From contig CAZDUS010000003.1 in the NCBI GenBank assembly GCA_964508705.1, positions 16,453 through 80,452 of the forward strand: a DNA stretch of 64,000 nt, written 5' to 3'. Below, piece by piece: positions 8,822-19,093 of this stretch. The stretch comes from an uncultured Verrucomicrobiota bacterium. Lineage in GTDB: Bacteria > Verrucomicrobiota > Kiritimatiellia > CAIKKV01 > CAITUY01. The notes below the pieces were generated by a model. That model was not told the DNA's origin, did no database searches, and saw only the letters and a program-made list of their open reading frames with translations. Positions within the stretch are counted from its first letter, which is position 1. Each line of letters begins with the position of its first letter. The position numbers were made by a program, and so were the translations under genes.

Positions 8822-10213
8822 TTAGGCTGAAGGGCGAATCGATTGTGTGATGTGATGACGGATGGCCTCATCGGTTGCAGGTAGCACCTTACAACGGGTG
8901 GGTAGGTCATTCAGCGCGTCTAGAATAGGATGATGAGCCAGATCGTGCCCTGTTGCGTCTTCGATGGCTTGGCTGAATTTGGCAGGATGCGCGGTGGCGA
9001 GGCAAATCATGGGTTCATTCGCATGTTGATGCTGTTCTGCCACATGGATCCCGACTGCAGTATGTGGATCAAGTAGATATCCATAGTCCTTTTGATACTT
9101 CCGGATTATAGCTAGCGTTTCAGCAGTATTGGCTGAGCCGGCGGATATTAGATTGTCGATTCGGCCGGCAGGCAAGGGTGCTACCTTGAGGTAATGAGAT
9201 TTTGAAAACTCGGACATCATCGCGTTGAGTGCAAGAGCGTCCCCGCCGGTGCGGTAGTAGAGATAGCGTTCGAAATTGCTGGCGACCTGAATATCCATTG
9301 AAGGGCTAATTGTTGAATGGACAGCTCCCTGTCTATATTCACCAGTAGTGAAGAACCGCGAGAGAATGTCGTTTTCATTAGTTGCCAGAATTAATTGGCT
9401 AACCGGCAGTCCCATTCGTTGGGCAACAAAGCCTGCGAATATGTCGCCAAAATTTCCTGTTGGGACGGAGAATTGGACACGCTTGGCCCCTGTGAGGCGC
9501 ATGACTCGGAAAGCGGAGAAGAAATAGTAGATAATCTGCGCGAGAACTCGTGCCCAGTTGATGGAGTTTACTGTGCCTAGGGAATAACGATCCCTGAAAG
9601 TAAGATCACTAAACAAGTCTTTCATGATGCGCTGAGCGTCATCGAATGTGCCTTCAATCGCGATATTGAAAACATTATCGTCAAGAACGCTGGTCATTTG
9701 TCGTTCCTGAGTCGGGCTTACCCTTCCGCGTGGGTGCATGACAAATATGCGGATGTGGTCCCGCCCCCGAACGCCACAGATGGCTGCGCTCCCCGTATCT
9801 CCGCTTGTGGCGGCAAGTATGTTCAACTCCCGACTTTCCTGTTCAAGAATATGCTCAAAAACATTGCCGAGGAACTGGAGCGCCACATCCTTAAACGCGA
9901 GGGTGGGGCCGTGAAACAGTTCCAGGATATGAATGTTGTTAACGGATCGGACAGGTGCGACGTCTGGATGCCGGAATGTTTCATAACTGCGTGTAATGAT
10001 TGAACGCAATTCCTGGTCGGATATGTCGCAAAATAGCTTCATGATCTCAAACGCGAGATCCTGGTAAGACAGCGTTTGCCAAACAGGTAGTTTAGCAGCT
10101 ACGTAGGGTATTTCGTCAGGGAGAAGGAGCCCGCCATCGCGTGCGAGTCCTGTCATGACGGCCGCTTTGAAACCTATAGGGTCCTGCTTGCCTCTTGTGC
10201 TGATGTAACGCAT
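8822..10213 (-). CDS. thrC: threonine synthase
   Basis: ORF 8822..10474 trimmed to the ATG at 10213, which gives the canonical N-terminus 'MRYISTRGK'. PLP-lysine region 'GPTLAFKDVALQ'. Confidence 0.9.
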   Translation of the reverse strand: MRYISTRGKQDPIGFKAAVMTGLARDGGLLLPDEIPYVAAKLPVWQTLSYQDLAFEIMKLFCDISDQELRSIITRSYETFRHPDVAPVRSVNNIHILELFHGPTLAFKDVALQFLGNVFEHILEQESRELNILAATSGDTGSAAICGVRGRDHIRIFVMHPRGRVSPTQERQMTSVLDDNVFNIAIEGTFDDAQRIMKDLFSDLTFRDRYSLGTVNSINWARVLAQIIYYFFSAFRVMRLTGAKRVQFSVPTGNFGDIFAGFVAQRMGLPVSQLILATNENDILSRFFTTGEYRQGAVHSTISPSMDIQVASNFERYLYYRTGGDALALNAMMSEFSKSHYLKVAPLPAGRIDNLISAGSANTAETLAIIRKYQKDYGYLLDPHTAVGIHVAEQHQHANEPMICLATAHPAKFSQAIEDATGHDLAHHPILDALNDLPTRCKVLPATDEAIRHHITQSIRPSA

Positions 10214-10401
10214 GGGCAAGACAATAGAAGTGTGTTGGGGGGCTACGCAAGCACAAGTTGAACAACTATTATATTTCCTCCAATATCGTAAAAATGTGTT
10301 CGGCTGTTCATAGGTCTTGAGCAAATCGAAGAACTTTCGTTTGTTCAGTGTCTGTTTCCGTTCTCGACAGGGATTCACGACAGGGAGTAGTGTTTTAATC
10401 C

Positions 10402-12288
10402 ATGAAAACGGTTGCCAAATCCAGATGCATTCGCTTGCGACTGGCTCAAATCGAAGTATTTCCCGGACGGCCAAGGGAGAATACCCGCCGCATGCTGGAG
10501 TTGGTTGCAGAGGCGCGTCGGGTAGGGATTGAGATGATTGTGTTTCCCGAGATGGCGATTCCGGGATACCTCTTGGGTGATGAATGGGAGCGGCAAGCGT
10601 TTCTGCGTGAGTGTGAGGCGTGCGGCGAGATGTTGCGCGAGGTGGCGCGGGGTGTGGTCGTCGTTTTCGGGAACGTCGGGATTGACTGGCATAAGCGGAA
10701 TGAGGATGGACGGGTTCGTAAATATAACGCGCTATTCGTTGCGGCTGATGGCCGGTTCCTTGGGCCCGATGGGGGTGCTTATCCGTTTGTTATCAAGACC
10801 CTGATGCCTAATTACCGTGAGTTTGATGATAGCCGTCATTTCTTTGATAACCGTAAGCTGGCGCAGGAAATGGGGTGTACGCCAGAGAGTCTTGTGGCGC
10901 CGGTTCGAGTGGGGGGATGGTGCGTGGGTGCGGTTTTGTGTGAGGACGGGTGGGATGCGGATTACCTGATATCACCGTTGCGAATACTAGCCGGCAAAGG
11001 GGCGGATTTCTTTATCAACGCCAGCGCATCGCCCTTCACTTTCGACAAGAATCACAAGCGGCACCGGGTATTTTCGGCCGCGGCGGGTGCGCTAGGCCGG
11101 CCGCTTGTTTATGTCAACAAAACTGGAGTGCAGAACAACGGCAAGACGGTTTTCACCTTCGACGGGGCATCGTGTGTTTATGACGGACTGGGGAATGTGA
11201 CAGATGGGTTGGCTCCATTTAATGAAGGACTGTTGGATGTGGAGTTGCCGCTGGACGGGCGGCCTTGCGGGCGGCCGATATCTGCGCGGCGGGATGCGAT
11301 AGGCGAATTGGACGCGGCGATACGGTATGGCACGGAACGATTCATGAAGGCCTGCGGGGTGGAGAGGGTGGTTGTTGGAGCCTCGGGCGGAATTGATTCT
11401 GCCGTGGTGGCGGCTCTGTATCGGCGGATTCTGCCAGCGGAACAGATACTGCTGGTCAATATGCCTAGCCGTTTCAATTCGCAAACAACCATTGGACTGG
11501 CGCGTCAATTGGCGGCCAACCTGGGATGCGGGTATGTGGAAGTGCCTATCGAGGAGAGTGTGCAATTGACGAGGCGGCAGATAGACGGGCTCAATGTGAC
11601 GTGGCCGGGCGGCGATAAGCCTTTGAGGATGTCGGATGCCGGGTTGGAAAATGTTCAAGCCAGGGATCGAGTGGCTCGCGTGTTGGCGGCGGTATCGGCG
11701 GCATTTGGTGGAGTATTCACCTGTAATGCCAACAAGAGTGAATTGACGGTTGGTTACATGACGCTTTATGGGGATCTGGGTGGATATCTAGCCAGCATAG
11801 CGGATTTATGGAAGGGTGAAGTCTATGCCTTGGGTCGGCATCTTAATGAGCAGGGGACGGCGATGATTCCGGAAGGAAGCTTTACGGTGATACCCTCGGC
11901 AGAGTTGAGCGTGGAGCAGGCTGTGGATGAGGGAAAGGGTGATCCACTGATCTATCCGTATCATGATTGTCTTTTTCGGAGTTGGGTGGAGGCGTGGAAC
12001 CGGACAACGCCGGAGGAGATTCTGGAGTGGTATCTGGGCGGTGTTCTTGAACAGCGAATCGGGTATCAGGGTGTGGTGAAAGATTTGTTTTCGACGCCGG
12101 AGGCGTTCGTGTCTGACTTGGAACGCTGGTGGAATCTTTATCAGGGATTGGGTGTAGCCAAACGGATTCAGGCACCACCTGTGTTGGCGGTCAAGCGGCG
12201 CGCATTCGGGTTTGATCATCGGGAGTCGCAGATGGGTGCGCGGTATACGCAGAGGTATGGAGAATTAAAGAAAGCGTTACTGGGTTGA
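10402..12288 (+). CDS. nadE: glutamine-dependent NAD+ synthetase
   Basis: 628 aa. N-terminal CN-hydrolase (glutaminase) domain plus a C-terminal synthetase domain with PP-loop 'VVGASGGIDSAV'. Confidence 0.9.
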   Translation: MKTVAKSRCIRLRLAQIEVFPGRPRENTRRMLELVAEARRVGIEMIVFPEMAIPGYLLGDEWERQAFLRECEACGEMLREVARGVVVVFGNVGIDWHKRNEDGRVRKYNALFVAADGRFLGPDGGAYPFVIKTLMPNYREFDDSRHFFDNRKLAQEMGCTPESLVAPVRVGGWCVGAVLCEDGWDADYLISPLRILAGKGADFFINASASPFTFDKNHKRHRVFSAAAGALGRPLVYVNKTGVQNNGKTVFTFDGASCVYDGLGNVTDGLAPFNEGLLDVELPLDGRPCGRPISARRDAIGELDAAIRYGTERFMKACGVERVVVGASGGIDSAVVAALYRRILPAEQILLVNMPSRFNSQTTIGLARQLAANLGCGYVEVPIEESVQLTRRQIDGLNVTWPGGDKPLRMSDAGLENVQARDRVARVLAAVSAAFGGVFTCNANKSELTVGYMTLYGDLGGYLASIADLWKGEVYALGRHLNEQGTAMIPEGSFTVIPSAELSVEQAVDEGKGDPLIYPYHDCLFRSWVEAWNRTTPEEILEWYLGGVLEQRIGYQGVVKDLFSTPEAFVSDLERWWNLYQGLGVAKRIQAPPVLAVKRRAFGFDHRESQMGARYTQRYGELKKALLG

Positions 12289-12396
12289 CGGTTGAGGGGT
12301 GCGGGCAGGGGATGGCTATATTGTTTATGACCAGCACGCAGGGGTGAAGTGGAATACTCAGTGGCGCTCAGCTGATGGGCGCCACGGGGCGAACAC

Positions 12397-15300
12397 TTAG
12401 CGCGGAGCCAAAAGTTGTTGGAACGCAGGCAGGTGTCGAACAGTCTGGAATCGAGGGTCTTCCCTTAGAACCGTTATCGCTGATTCCTTGCCTACCTTGA
12501 CAGCCTGTCTTAAGGAAGTGAAAGCGGCTTCTTGCTTGTTAAGCGCAAACTGAACCCCTGCCAGATCTATCCATCCGCGCATATCGGCGGGAACGCTTAC
12601 TGTGTATTGCAGGAGGGCGGCTTCCATTAAGTCCATCTTGCGATCCTCGGCGGCCATTTGCGCGATCCTCAGGCAAACTTGAGGAGGCACGCCCTGTTGG
12701 GCGAGAAGGCTTCTGGCAAGTTGGTTGAAGTTTTCAGGGAGACCAAGTTTTCTATACACATCGGCCAATTCTAATGCGGTGGCGATGTTGGCCTTGCCTG
12801 AGCCCAGCAGGCTTTCCAATTCGCGCCGTTTGGCCGCCAGATCGTTGCGACCCTTGAGTTCGGCGACAAACCCGGAGGCGCGGTCATTGCCGGGGTCCTG
12901 CTTGGCGAATGATTCCATGATGGCGATGGCGTCATTGGGGCGGTTCCATCGCAAGTAAAGATCCGCCAGACGGAAGTTGGCTTCCGGGCTTAACGTGTAC
13001 AAAGCCACGGCTTCCTTGAAGGCGATCTCTGACTCACTAAACATGCCACGCACGACATAGAGGCCGGCGATAGCGCTACGGAGTTTTGAGAACGACTTTC
13101 GGGCAACCACATCACGAAGGAATTTTTTATCGCCTGTAAGGCGGCGTGTGTACCAATCCCAGAAATCCATGTCCGCGGCAACATTGTCGGGCGGCAAGGA
13201 AGGCATGGGTTCAGAGTTAATCTGCATGATTAATCCGTGAGGTGAAAGGTACGGGTACATCCATTGGATGACGTAGCTTTCCTCTACATAGAAGTTGTGC
13301 CTCGCCTTGTTGTGCTCAAAAATCATTTGGGCAAGAATGCCATTGATGAGCATTACGCCGCCGACTCCTTGAACGCTGACTCGGCCGCCCTCAATCTTGA
13401 TGTCCGCACTGGCGGGTGTTTTCCCAGTACGAACGTCCTCCACATAACGCTGGAATGCGTTATTGCCGTCGACGGTTGACGGGATCCAAATGGTGTCGCC
13501 GTACAGGTCCCTCGTGACGCTCATGAACGTATTGTCCGCAAGGGCGTTCTGGGTGATCAGGTAGACATCAGGCCGGACATCGGCAGAAAAGATCATGTAG
13601 GTGGGGACAAAGCGGCCCGGATCGGTGCCGCCGAAGAACACGGCGCGAGGCCCCATTTCTGGAGGGAAGGATGGGTCCGGCAGGGGTTCCTCATTTGTGG
13701 AAAGTTCCTCGGTGATAGCCTCGGCTCCACGCAGTTGATAGTTGCCGAATTGCCAGCCGTAATCATGGCTGTTTTGTTCAGCGCCGCCATCGGTGCGGAT
13801 GAGTTCCTTGTTGTAGGCATTCTGAAGCAAGGGCCAGGCTGGCAGGGCCACCAGCACAAAGATGACTCCCGCCCAGATGACAGCGCGACTACCCTTGAAA
13901 ACGGTATCCACCGCTGCCAGCGACATCAGCAAGCCGTAGCCAATCCAGAAGGCGAATAGTGCGTGCGACGGGATGAATTTGACGCGCTGGATAAATGCGT
14001 CCTGGATGTCGCCTTTCGGGTTGGCAAGGGCGATCAAGAGAACGCTCATGACGATGAAGCCTGAAAGAGTGGCGAGAATCCACTTCTGATCGTGTCGGTC
14101 GATCTCGTATTCGAGTGCGCCGCGCCCATGCATGAGGTGCCAAACGAGGCCCGCGGTCACCGCCGGAACAAGGATGAGCGCGAAGAATCCCATTTTTTCG
14201 CTAGCGGTCAACCCGAGTTGCGGGTTGATCATGATGCCGATCAGTTTGCCGCTGACGTACAAGACGACGACGAGTACTGCGAGAAGCACTCCGCTGATTG
14301 TTAATTTTTCCGAAAAGGTGGCGGGTATGCGTCCGGAAAGTTTCTTAACCAGCTCGTCCAGTTCGCCGATGATTAAGGACATGACCCCAATAGTCATCAG
14401 GATAGCCGCGCCCATAATAAAAATGCGATAGAAGCGGCTCAGGACGGCGATTTCGACGCCTACGGGCACGACGACTTCCTCAATGGCGATAAGAGTGATG
14501 GCGAGGACCGCGAAGATAAGCGCCAGGTAAATCGCACGGTAACGGCGGTTGCCAATACGAATGCTCCAGGCGGTGAAGGGCAGGATGCCGAGAATGGCGA
14601 CGGGCAGTGTGAACTTCACGCGCAAATCGCTCATGTAGTCGCCGATTTGGCGGATGAACTGGGCGGAGAAAATATCGGATGGGGCGATTTTCTCATATTG
14701 GCCGCGAGTAATGGCATGAATGAATCCATCCCATGTGCGGGGATAACCCCAGTTGATTGGGGGATTAGTCTCGGAAGCCAAAGGCATGAAGGCATATACG
14801 ATGAGTCCAAGTTCCAGGCATAGAATGCTTGGGGCCACTTGTTTTCCGGTGGGGAATTTATAATAGACCAGCGCCAGCCATGCGAAATTGCCAAGAATAT
14901 AGACATAAGTTAACAGATGAGTTGGATGGACAATGCCGAGAAAACCAATTCGGACATTTGGGCCGACCAACGCTTGGATGGCGCCAGTATTGGCCATAAC
15001 GTAAAAGACGGCAAACGGTGTGCCTGCGAGCACGAAGTCGCGAAACAGCCGGACGTCCTTGATCAGGATAATCACTGCCAGCGCGACCAGAAACAGGAGT
15101 AACACCTGATAATTTGTCAATCCAAGGCCGAAGGTGAGCGCCATGAGGTAAAGCATTCGATCGGCTGGCCGATGTTTCCAAATCCAAGCCATGATGACAA
15201 CCATCAGGACAATCAATAGATAGCCTAGGACATAATGAATTCCAACGGAGGTGAAATCGGAGAAACGGACAATGTGAAGAAGCAGGCGTGATCCCATCAC

Positions 15301-15969
15301 GACGAGGCAGGCGAGCGAAATTCCAAGGACAAGCCAAGTCACACCGCGAATGGGTTCATCCGGTTTTCGCAACCAGACGTAGGCGACAAACATGACAATG
15401 GCCATGAATAGAGCGCCAAGGCTGTAAACTTCGACAATAACGGCCTGTGACCACACGACAGGGCTGAAGGCGAGTAACAAACTGCCGGCCACACCACTGC
15501 TCCAGCAAATGATGCTTTCGGTGCGTTCGCCAATGGCTTCGGTGGTGCGCTTGATACTGCGGAGCATGTCGCGGCCGCTACGGCATAGTAATATGGCCGT
15601 GAAACCGCTGGTCAAGGCTCCGAAGACCGCGGAGGCAAAGGCCACGCTCCAGGCGGGATTAGGCTGTCCCCGGAATTTCACGAAAAAGAAGACCTTTGTG
15701 AATATCCAGGTTAGAATGGTCCAAATGGGATAACCGGGCGGATGTGGGACCCCGAGATGATCGGAGCCGACAGCGAGTTCGCCGCAGTCTTCAAGGGTTA
15801 CCGTTGGCGCCAGTGTCATTCCGTAGACTATCAGTGTCAGAATGGTTGCGGTCCAAAAAGCGCTCCAGTCAATCATCCGGAAAAACGGCTCTTTGGGCAG
15901 AAGAGGAATAGCTTCTGGTTTTGGTGTTGGAAGTGGAGTTGGATTAGCAGGACGTGATGATCGTGTCAT
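12397..15969 (-). CDS. large polytopic GT-C-like (DUF2723/PMT-like) membrane protein with C-terminal TPR repeats
   Basis: Trimmed to the ATG at 15969 (MTRSSRP). Has many TM helices, a loop 'DCGELAVGSDHLGVPHPPGYP' and a TPR-like C-terminal ~250 aa. Confidence 0.7.
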   Translation of the reverse strand: MTRSSRPANPTPLPTPKPEAIPLLPKEPFFRMIDWSAFWTATILTLIVYGMTLAPTVTLEDCGELAVGSDHLGVPHPPGYPIWTILTWIFTKVFFFVKFRGQPNPAWSVAFASAVFGALTSGFTAILLCRSGRDMLRSIKRTTEAIGERTESIICWSSGVAGSLLLAFSPVVWSQAVIVEVYSLGALFMAIVMFVAYVWLRKPDEPIRGVTWLVLGISLACLVVMGSRLLLHIVRFSDFTSVGIHYVLGYLLIVLMVVIMAWIWKHRPADRMLYLMALTFGLGLTNYQVLLLFLVALAVIILIKDVRLFRDFVLAGTPFAVFYVMANTGAIQALVGPNVRIGFLGIVHPTHLLTYVYILGNFAWLALVYYKFPTGKQVAPSILCLELGLIVYAFMPLASETNPPINWGYPRTWDGFIHAITRGQYEKIAPSDIFSAQFIRQIGDYMSDLRVKFTLPVAILGILPFTAWSIRIGNRRYRAIYLALIFAVLAITLIAIEEVVVPVGVEIAVLSRFYRIFIMGAAILMTIGVMSLIIGELDELVKKLSGRIPATFSEKLTISGVLLAVLVVVLYVSGKLIGIMINPQLGLTASEKMGFFALILVPAVTAGLVWHLMHGRGALEYEIDRHDQKWILATLSGFIVMSVLLIALANPKGDIQDAFIQRVKFIPSHALFAFWIGYGLLMSLAAVDTVFKGSRAVIWAGVIFVLVALPAWPLLQNAYNKELIRTDGGAEQNSHDYGWQFGNYQLRGAEAITEELSTNEEPLPDPSFPPEMGPRAVFFGGTDPGRFVPTYMIFSADVRPDVYLITQNALADNTFMSVTRDLYGDTIWIPSTVDGNNAFQRYVEDVRTGKTPASADIKIEGGRVSVQGVGGVMLINGILAQMIFEHNKARHNFYVEESYVIQWMYPYLSPHGLIMQINSEPMPSLPPDNVAADMDFWDWYTRRLTGDKKFLRDVVARKSFSKLRSAIAGLYVVRGMFSESEIAFKEAVALYTLSPEANFRLADLYLRWNRPNDAIAIMESFAKQDPGNDRASGFVAELKGRNDLAAKRRELESLLGSGKANIATALELADVYRKLGLPENFNQLARSLLAQQGVPPQVCLRIAQMAAEDRKMDLMEAALLQYTVSVPADMRGWIDLAGVQFALNKQEAAFTSLRQAVKVGKESAITVLREDPRFQTVRHLPAFQQLLAPR

Positions 15970-15973
15970 AGTG

Positions 15974-16918
15974 TTATTCCGTAGCGATAATGTGGGCGTT
16001 TTTATCAGAATACCCCCCGTGGAACAAGCCCTGATTGATTGAGACGCGGTAGAGTTTCTTGGAACTGGTAATGTATAGATCAGTGCCGTCCTTTCCACCA
16101 AAAGTGACATTACTTGCGCCCCCTGGCACAGGTATGAATCCTAGCGACCTTCCGTTGGAATCCACGATCCATACGCCGCCCAGGCCGGTTAAGTACAATG
16201 TCCCGAGTTTATCCATTGTGATTCCGTCAGGATTGCCAGGGCCTGCGGGTTCGGGCTTAAAGAAAAGGCGGCCATCCGTGAGAGAGCCATCGGGCTGGAC
16301 GGAATATGCCCACCAGGACTTCAGTTTGCTGTCGCTGACATAGAGCAGGCGCTCGTCGGGTGATAATTGGAGGCCGTTGGGTGCCGATAGGTTGGTGATT
16401 ACCTTGCGGGCCAGGCCATTTGTTTCCAGGAAATAGACAGCGCTATTGTTGGTTTTAAAGTTTGGATCCGAGAAGTAAATTCCGCCATCCGAGCGTTGCC
16501 TGACGTCATTCGGCTGGTTTAGCGAGGTGTTGGCGTAGAGTGTTGTCAGGTTTAGCGGTCCATCGGATCCGATATCAGCGATGATGACCTGATGGGTGAT
16601 AGCCTGAGCCATAAGCAGGCGACCGTCGCGCGTCAGGGTCATTCCGCTGACATCCTGAGCATTGTCCATCCATGTGACGGCATTACCTGGTGCATCAAGT
16701 CGCAAAACTTCCTGATGGTCTTTTCGATAGGCGGTGAAAAAGAGTTTCCCGGTTCTGTGGTCCCACACGGGGCCTTCGAAAAACCAATTGGCTTCATAGA
16801 CAATTTCGAGCGGGAAGGAATTGGTTGTTGTCGCTGTGTTACTCGGGTCGGCGTGGGCCGTGGCGGCGCATGTTAAGAAATGGACAACTGCGAGCAGTGC
16901 GACGAGTAATGTGTTCAT
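15974..16918 (-). CDS. secreted SMP-30/gluconolactonase/LRE-like beta-propeller protein
   Basis: 314 aa. Signal peptide 'MNTLLVALLAVVHFLTCAATAHA' and propeller repeats ('EGPVWD', 'PNDV', 'PDGI'). Its stop lies 4 nt from the downstream gene's start. Confidence 0.8.
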   Translation of the reverse strand: MNTLLVALLAVVHFLTCAATAHADPSNTATTTNSFPLEIVYEANWFFEGPVWDHRTGKLFFTAYRKDHQEVLRLDAPGNAVTWMDNAQDVSGMTLTRDGRLLMAQAITHQVIIADIGSDGPLNLTTLYANTSLNQPNDVRQRSDGGIYFSDPNFKTNNSAVYFLETNGLARKVITNLSAPNGLQLSPDERLLYVSDSKLKSWWAYSVQPDGSLTDGRLFFKPEPAGPGNPDGITMDKLGTLYLTGLGGVWIVDSNGRSLGFIPVPGGASNVTFGGKDGTDLYITSSKKLYRVSINQGLFHGGYSDKNAHIIATE

Positions 16919-17038
16919 AGGCTTGTACTAAAATGACATGATAAAAAGTGCAATACAAATTCCTTAGTTCCTGGTTCTGAGCAATTTAGGTAATTTGTAA
17001 AGGCGAACCAGGCCGATTGACGGGAAGAATGACGGTTG

Positions 17039-18994
17039 CTAGATGCTTTGACCGGGGAGGAATGGTGGGGTGGGGCAGTCTAGCGCATCGGCAATGGCGC
17101 GGAGTACTTCCCCCTCGTCTTTGGTAATGAGGGAGTCCGTGGTTATCGTGTCAACGACTGCGGCAATGATATTTTCCTTCAGCGTCGGGGTGGCTTCGGC
17201 AAGACGATCCAGCGCTGTATCCAATTCCTTTAAAGATGCGCGCGCTTGAGGCAACAGAGCGCCAATGGGTGTGAGTCCTAGCCTGTGAAATCCACGATTA
17301 AAAGCCACTTCGGCACCGGACTTGTCATTGGTTCCGAACCATGCGACCACTGAAAGCAGGACGGTGCATTCATGGACAAGGTCGGACAAGGAGGTGAAGC
17401 GCACGAGTGGACGCTTGTTGAGTCCATGCATTGATTCAAGGTTGCGTAGAACCATGCGAATCACGGCGTATTCGAACAGTGAAATTTCGTTGTCCGTTGA
17501 GGCGATATAAAGCAGGTTGTCCTTAAACTCGCGGCATTGAGTTGTCGAAAGATGGCGGAGTGTCGCGATAGCCAATTCGGCAACGGGGAGGCGGAGCTCC
17601 GGTCGGAGGGCGCTTAGGGGCGTGGCGAGTGCTAGCGTTTCACGGTGAACGGCAGGGGCCGCATGTGTGGATAGATGGTCCAGTTGTCCGTTTCGGAATG
17701 AAGGCTGTTCAAGGTTCATGGCTAACCCGTAGACTACGGCCTGCGCGCCGTTGGGTTGGCGAACTGCTTGCAGGAGTTCTGGTGGCATGGCGGCCAGAAG
17801 CGAGGTGGCGTATTCCAAGGCAGCGGTCTGAAGTGTGCCGACATTGGCGACGACGCTTTGCGGTGTGACAGCGTGGGTTACTGCTGGCGAGGGCAGGGGG
17901 GGAGGGGTGATGGAGGAAGACAAACCCAACAGGTTGTCGGTTCCGGATTCAGGAGCGGCTGGTGTATCAAAGGTGCCGGCAAAGGTGCTGTCAATCCGAC
18001 GGATGCGCTCATCCAGCGGAGGGTGAGTGGCCAGTAGTCCCATCAGGGAGAAGCCTACGCCATTGGAAAAAAAGAGATGGCTTGCTTGCTCTGCGTGCTT
18101 GTTTTGAATGCGGGAGCCGGATGAATACGCGCCGATTTTCTTAAGCGCGGAGGATAGGCCGAGCGGGTTGCGGGTGAATTGGACGGCGGATGCATCGGCC
18201 AGGAATTCCCTTTGGCGGGATACGGCGCTTTTGATCAAACGCGCAAAGAAGACACCGATATAGCCAATAATCATGGTGGCCAGTCCAAGGATGACTATGG
18301 CGGCTACCGCGCCCCCTCCCTTTTTGTCGCTCGAGGAGCGACGGTGAGACGAATAGGCCGTAATTCGGAACATCCAATAGCCGAGGAGAGCAATAATGAG
18401 AATGCCGTTCAAGACGCCAATAAGGCGGAGGTTGAGGCGCATGTCTCCATTTAGGATATGGCTGAACTCATGGCCGATCACGCTTTGCATTTCGTCGCGG
18501 TTAAAATGTTCCAGCGCACCCCGGGTCACTGCGATGACTGCGTTGGATGGGGAGATGCCGGCAGCGAAGGCGTTGATTCCGAGTTCGTTATCGAGGACAA
18601 ACACCTTTGGTATCTGAGTGCCAGATGCGATGGAAATTTCCTCAACAATGTTTAATAGCCTTTTTTCGGCGAGGTCAGTGGTTGAGGGGAGTACTGGGCG
18701 GCCATCGAGCATGCGGGCAACAGCTTCGCCGCCGGAGGAGAGGCTCATGATCTTGAAGAGTGTGCCGCCGCCTATGATTGCCAGCAGGATTCCGGAAACG
18801 GCCAGAAACAGGGAGGGGTCCCACAGCTGGTGCAATTGGAGCGTATTGTCGGGCAGTGGTTCGGAAGGTTGCAGGAAGACCAGTGCGGTAACGGTGTATA
18901 TTGAAGCGATAATCAGGATGACCGCCAGAGCATAGTAGGTTATAAGCAGTGTTGTCTGGCGGCGCGCGGCCATCTGATGTTCAAAGAAATTCAT
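17039..18994 (-). CDS. M48-family zinc metalloprotease with long C-terminal soluble (TerB-like?) domain
   Basis: 'HEFSHILNGD' HExxH motif within a multi-TM N-terminal half. Start trimmed to the ATG at 18994 (MNFFEHQ). Confidence 0.85.
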   Translation of the reverse strand: MNFFEHQMAARRQTTLLITYYALAVILIIASIYTVTALVFLQPSEPLPDNTLQLHQLWDPSLFLAVSGILLAIIGGGTLFKIMSLSSGGEAVARMLDGRPVLPSTTDLAEKRLLNIVEEISIASGTQIPKVFVLDNELGINAFAAGISPSNAVIAVTRGALEHFNRDEMQSVIGHEFSHILNGDMRLNLRLIGVLNGILIIALLGYWMFRITAYSSHRRSSSDKKGGGAVAAIVILGLATMIIGYIGVFFARLIKSAVSRQREFLADASAVQFTRNPLGLSSALKKIGAYSSGSRIQNKHAEQASHLFFSNGVGFSLMGLLATHPPLDERIRRIDSTFAGTFDTPAAPESGTDNLLGLSSSITPPPLPSPAVTHAVTPQSVVANVGTLQTAALEYATSLLAAMPPELLQAVRQPNGAQAVVYGLAMNLEQPSFRNGQLDHLSTHAAPAVHRETLALATPLSALRPELRLPVAELAIATLRHLSTTQCREFKDNLLYIASTDNEISLFEYAVIRMVLRNLESMHGLNKRPLVRFTSLSDLVHECTVLLSVVAWFGTNDKSGAEVAFNRGFHRLGLTPIGALLPQARASLKELDTALDRLAEATPTLKENIIAAVVDTITTDSLITKDEGEVLRAIADALDCPTPPFLPGQSI

Positions 18995-19093
18995 GCGGCG
19001 AACTATAAGCATAAGTGTGCGGCGGGAAAAAGCTTTTCATTTAACGTTAGCCATTCATAATGTCGCCACCAAACAGACAAGGAGTGCGGTTTT

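Noticed and set aside
10214-10474. 87-codon N-terminal extension of the thrC ORF that would overlap the nadE start.
   Set aside because: The canonical ThrC N-terminus (MRYISTRGK) begins at 10213. The extension has no homology-like features and would abolish the divergent promoter region.
15970-16110. 47-codon N-terminal extension of the DUF2723 gene overlapping the upstream propeller gene.
   Set aside because: The ATG at 15969 lies 4 nt after the upstream stop, which is the typical coupled arrangement, and the extension is non-membrane junk sequence.
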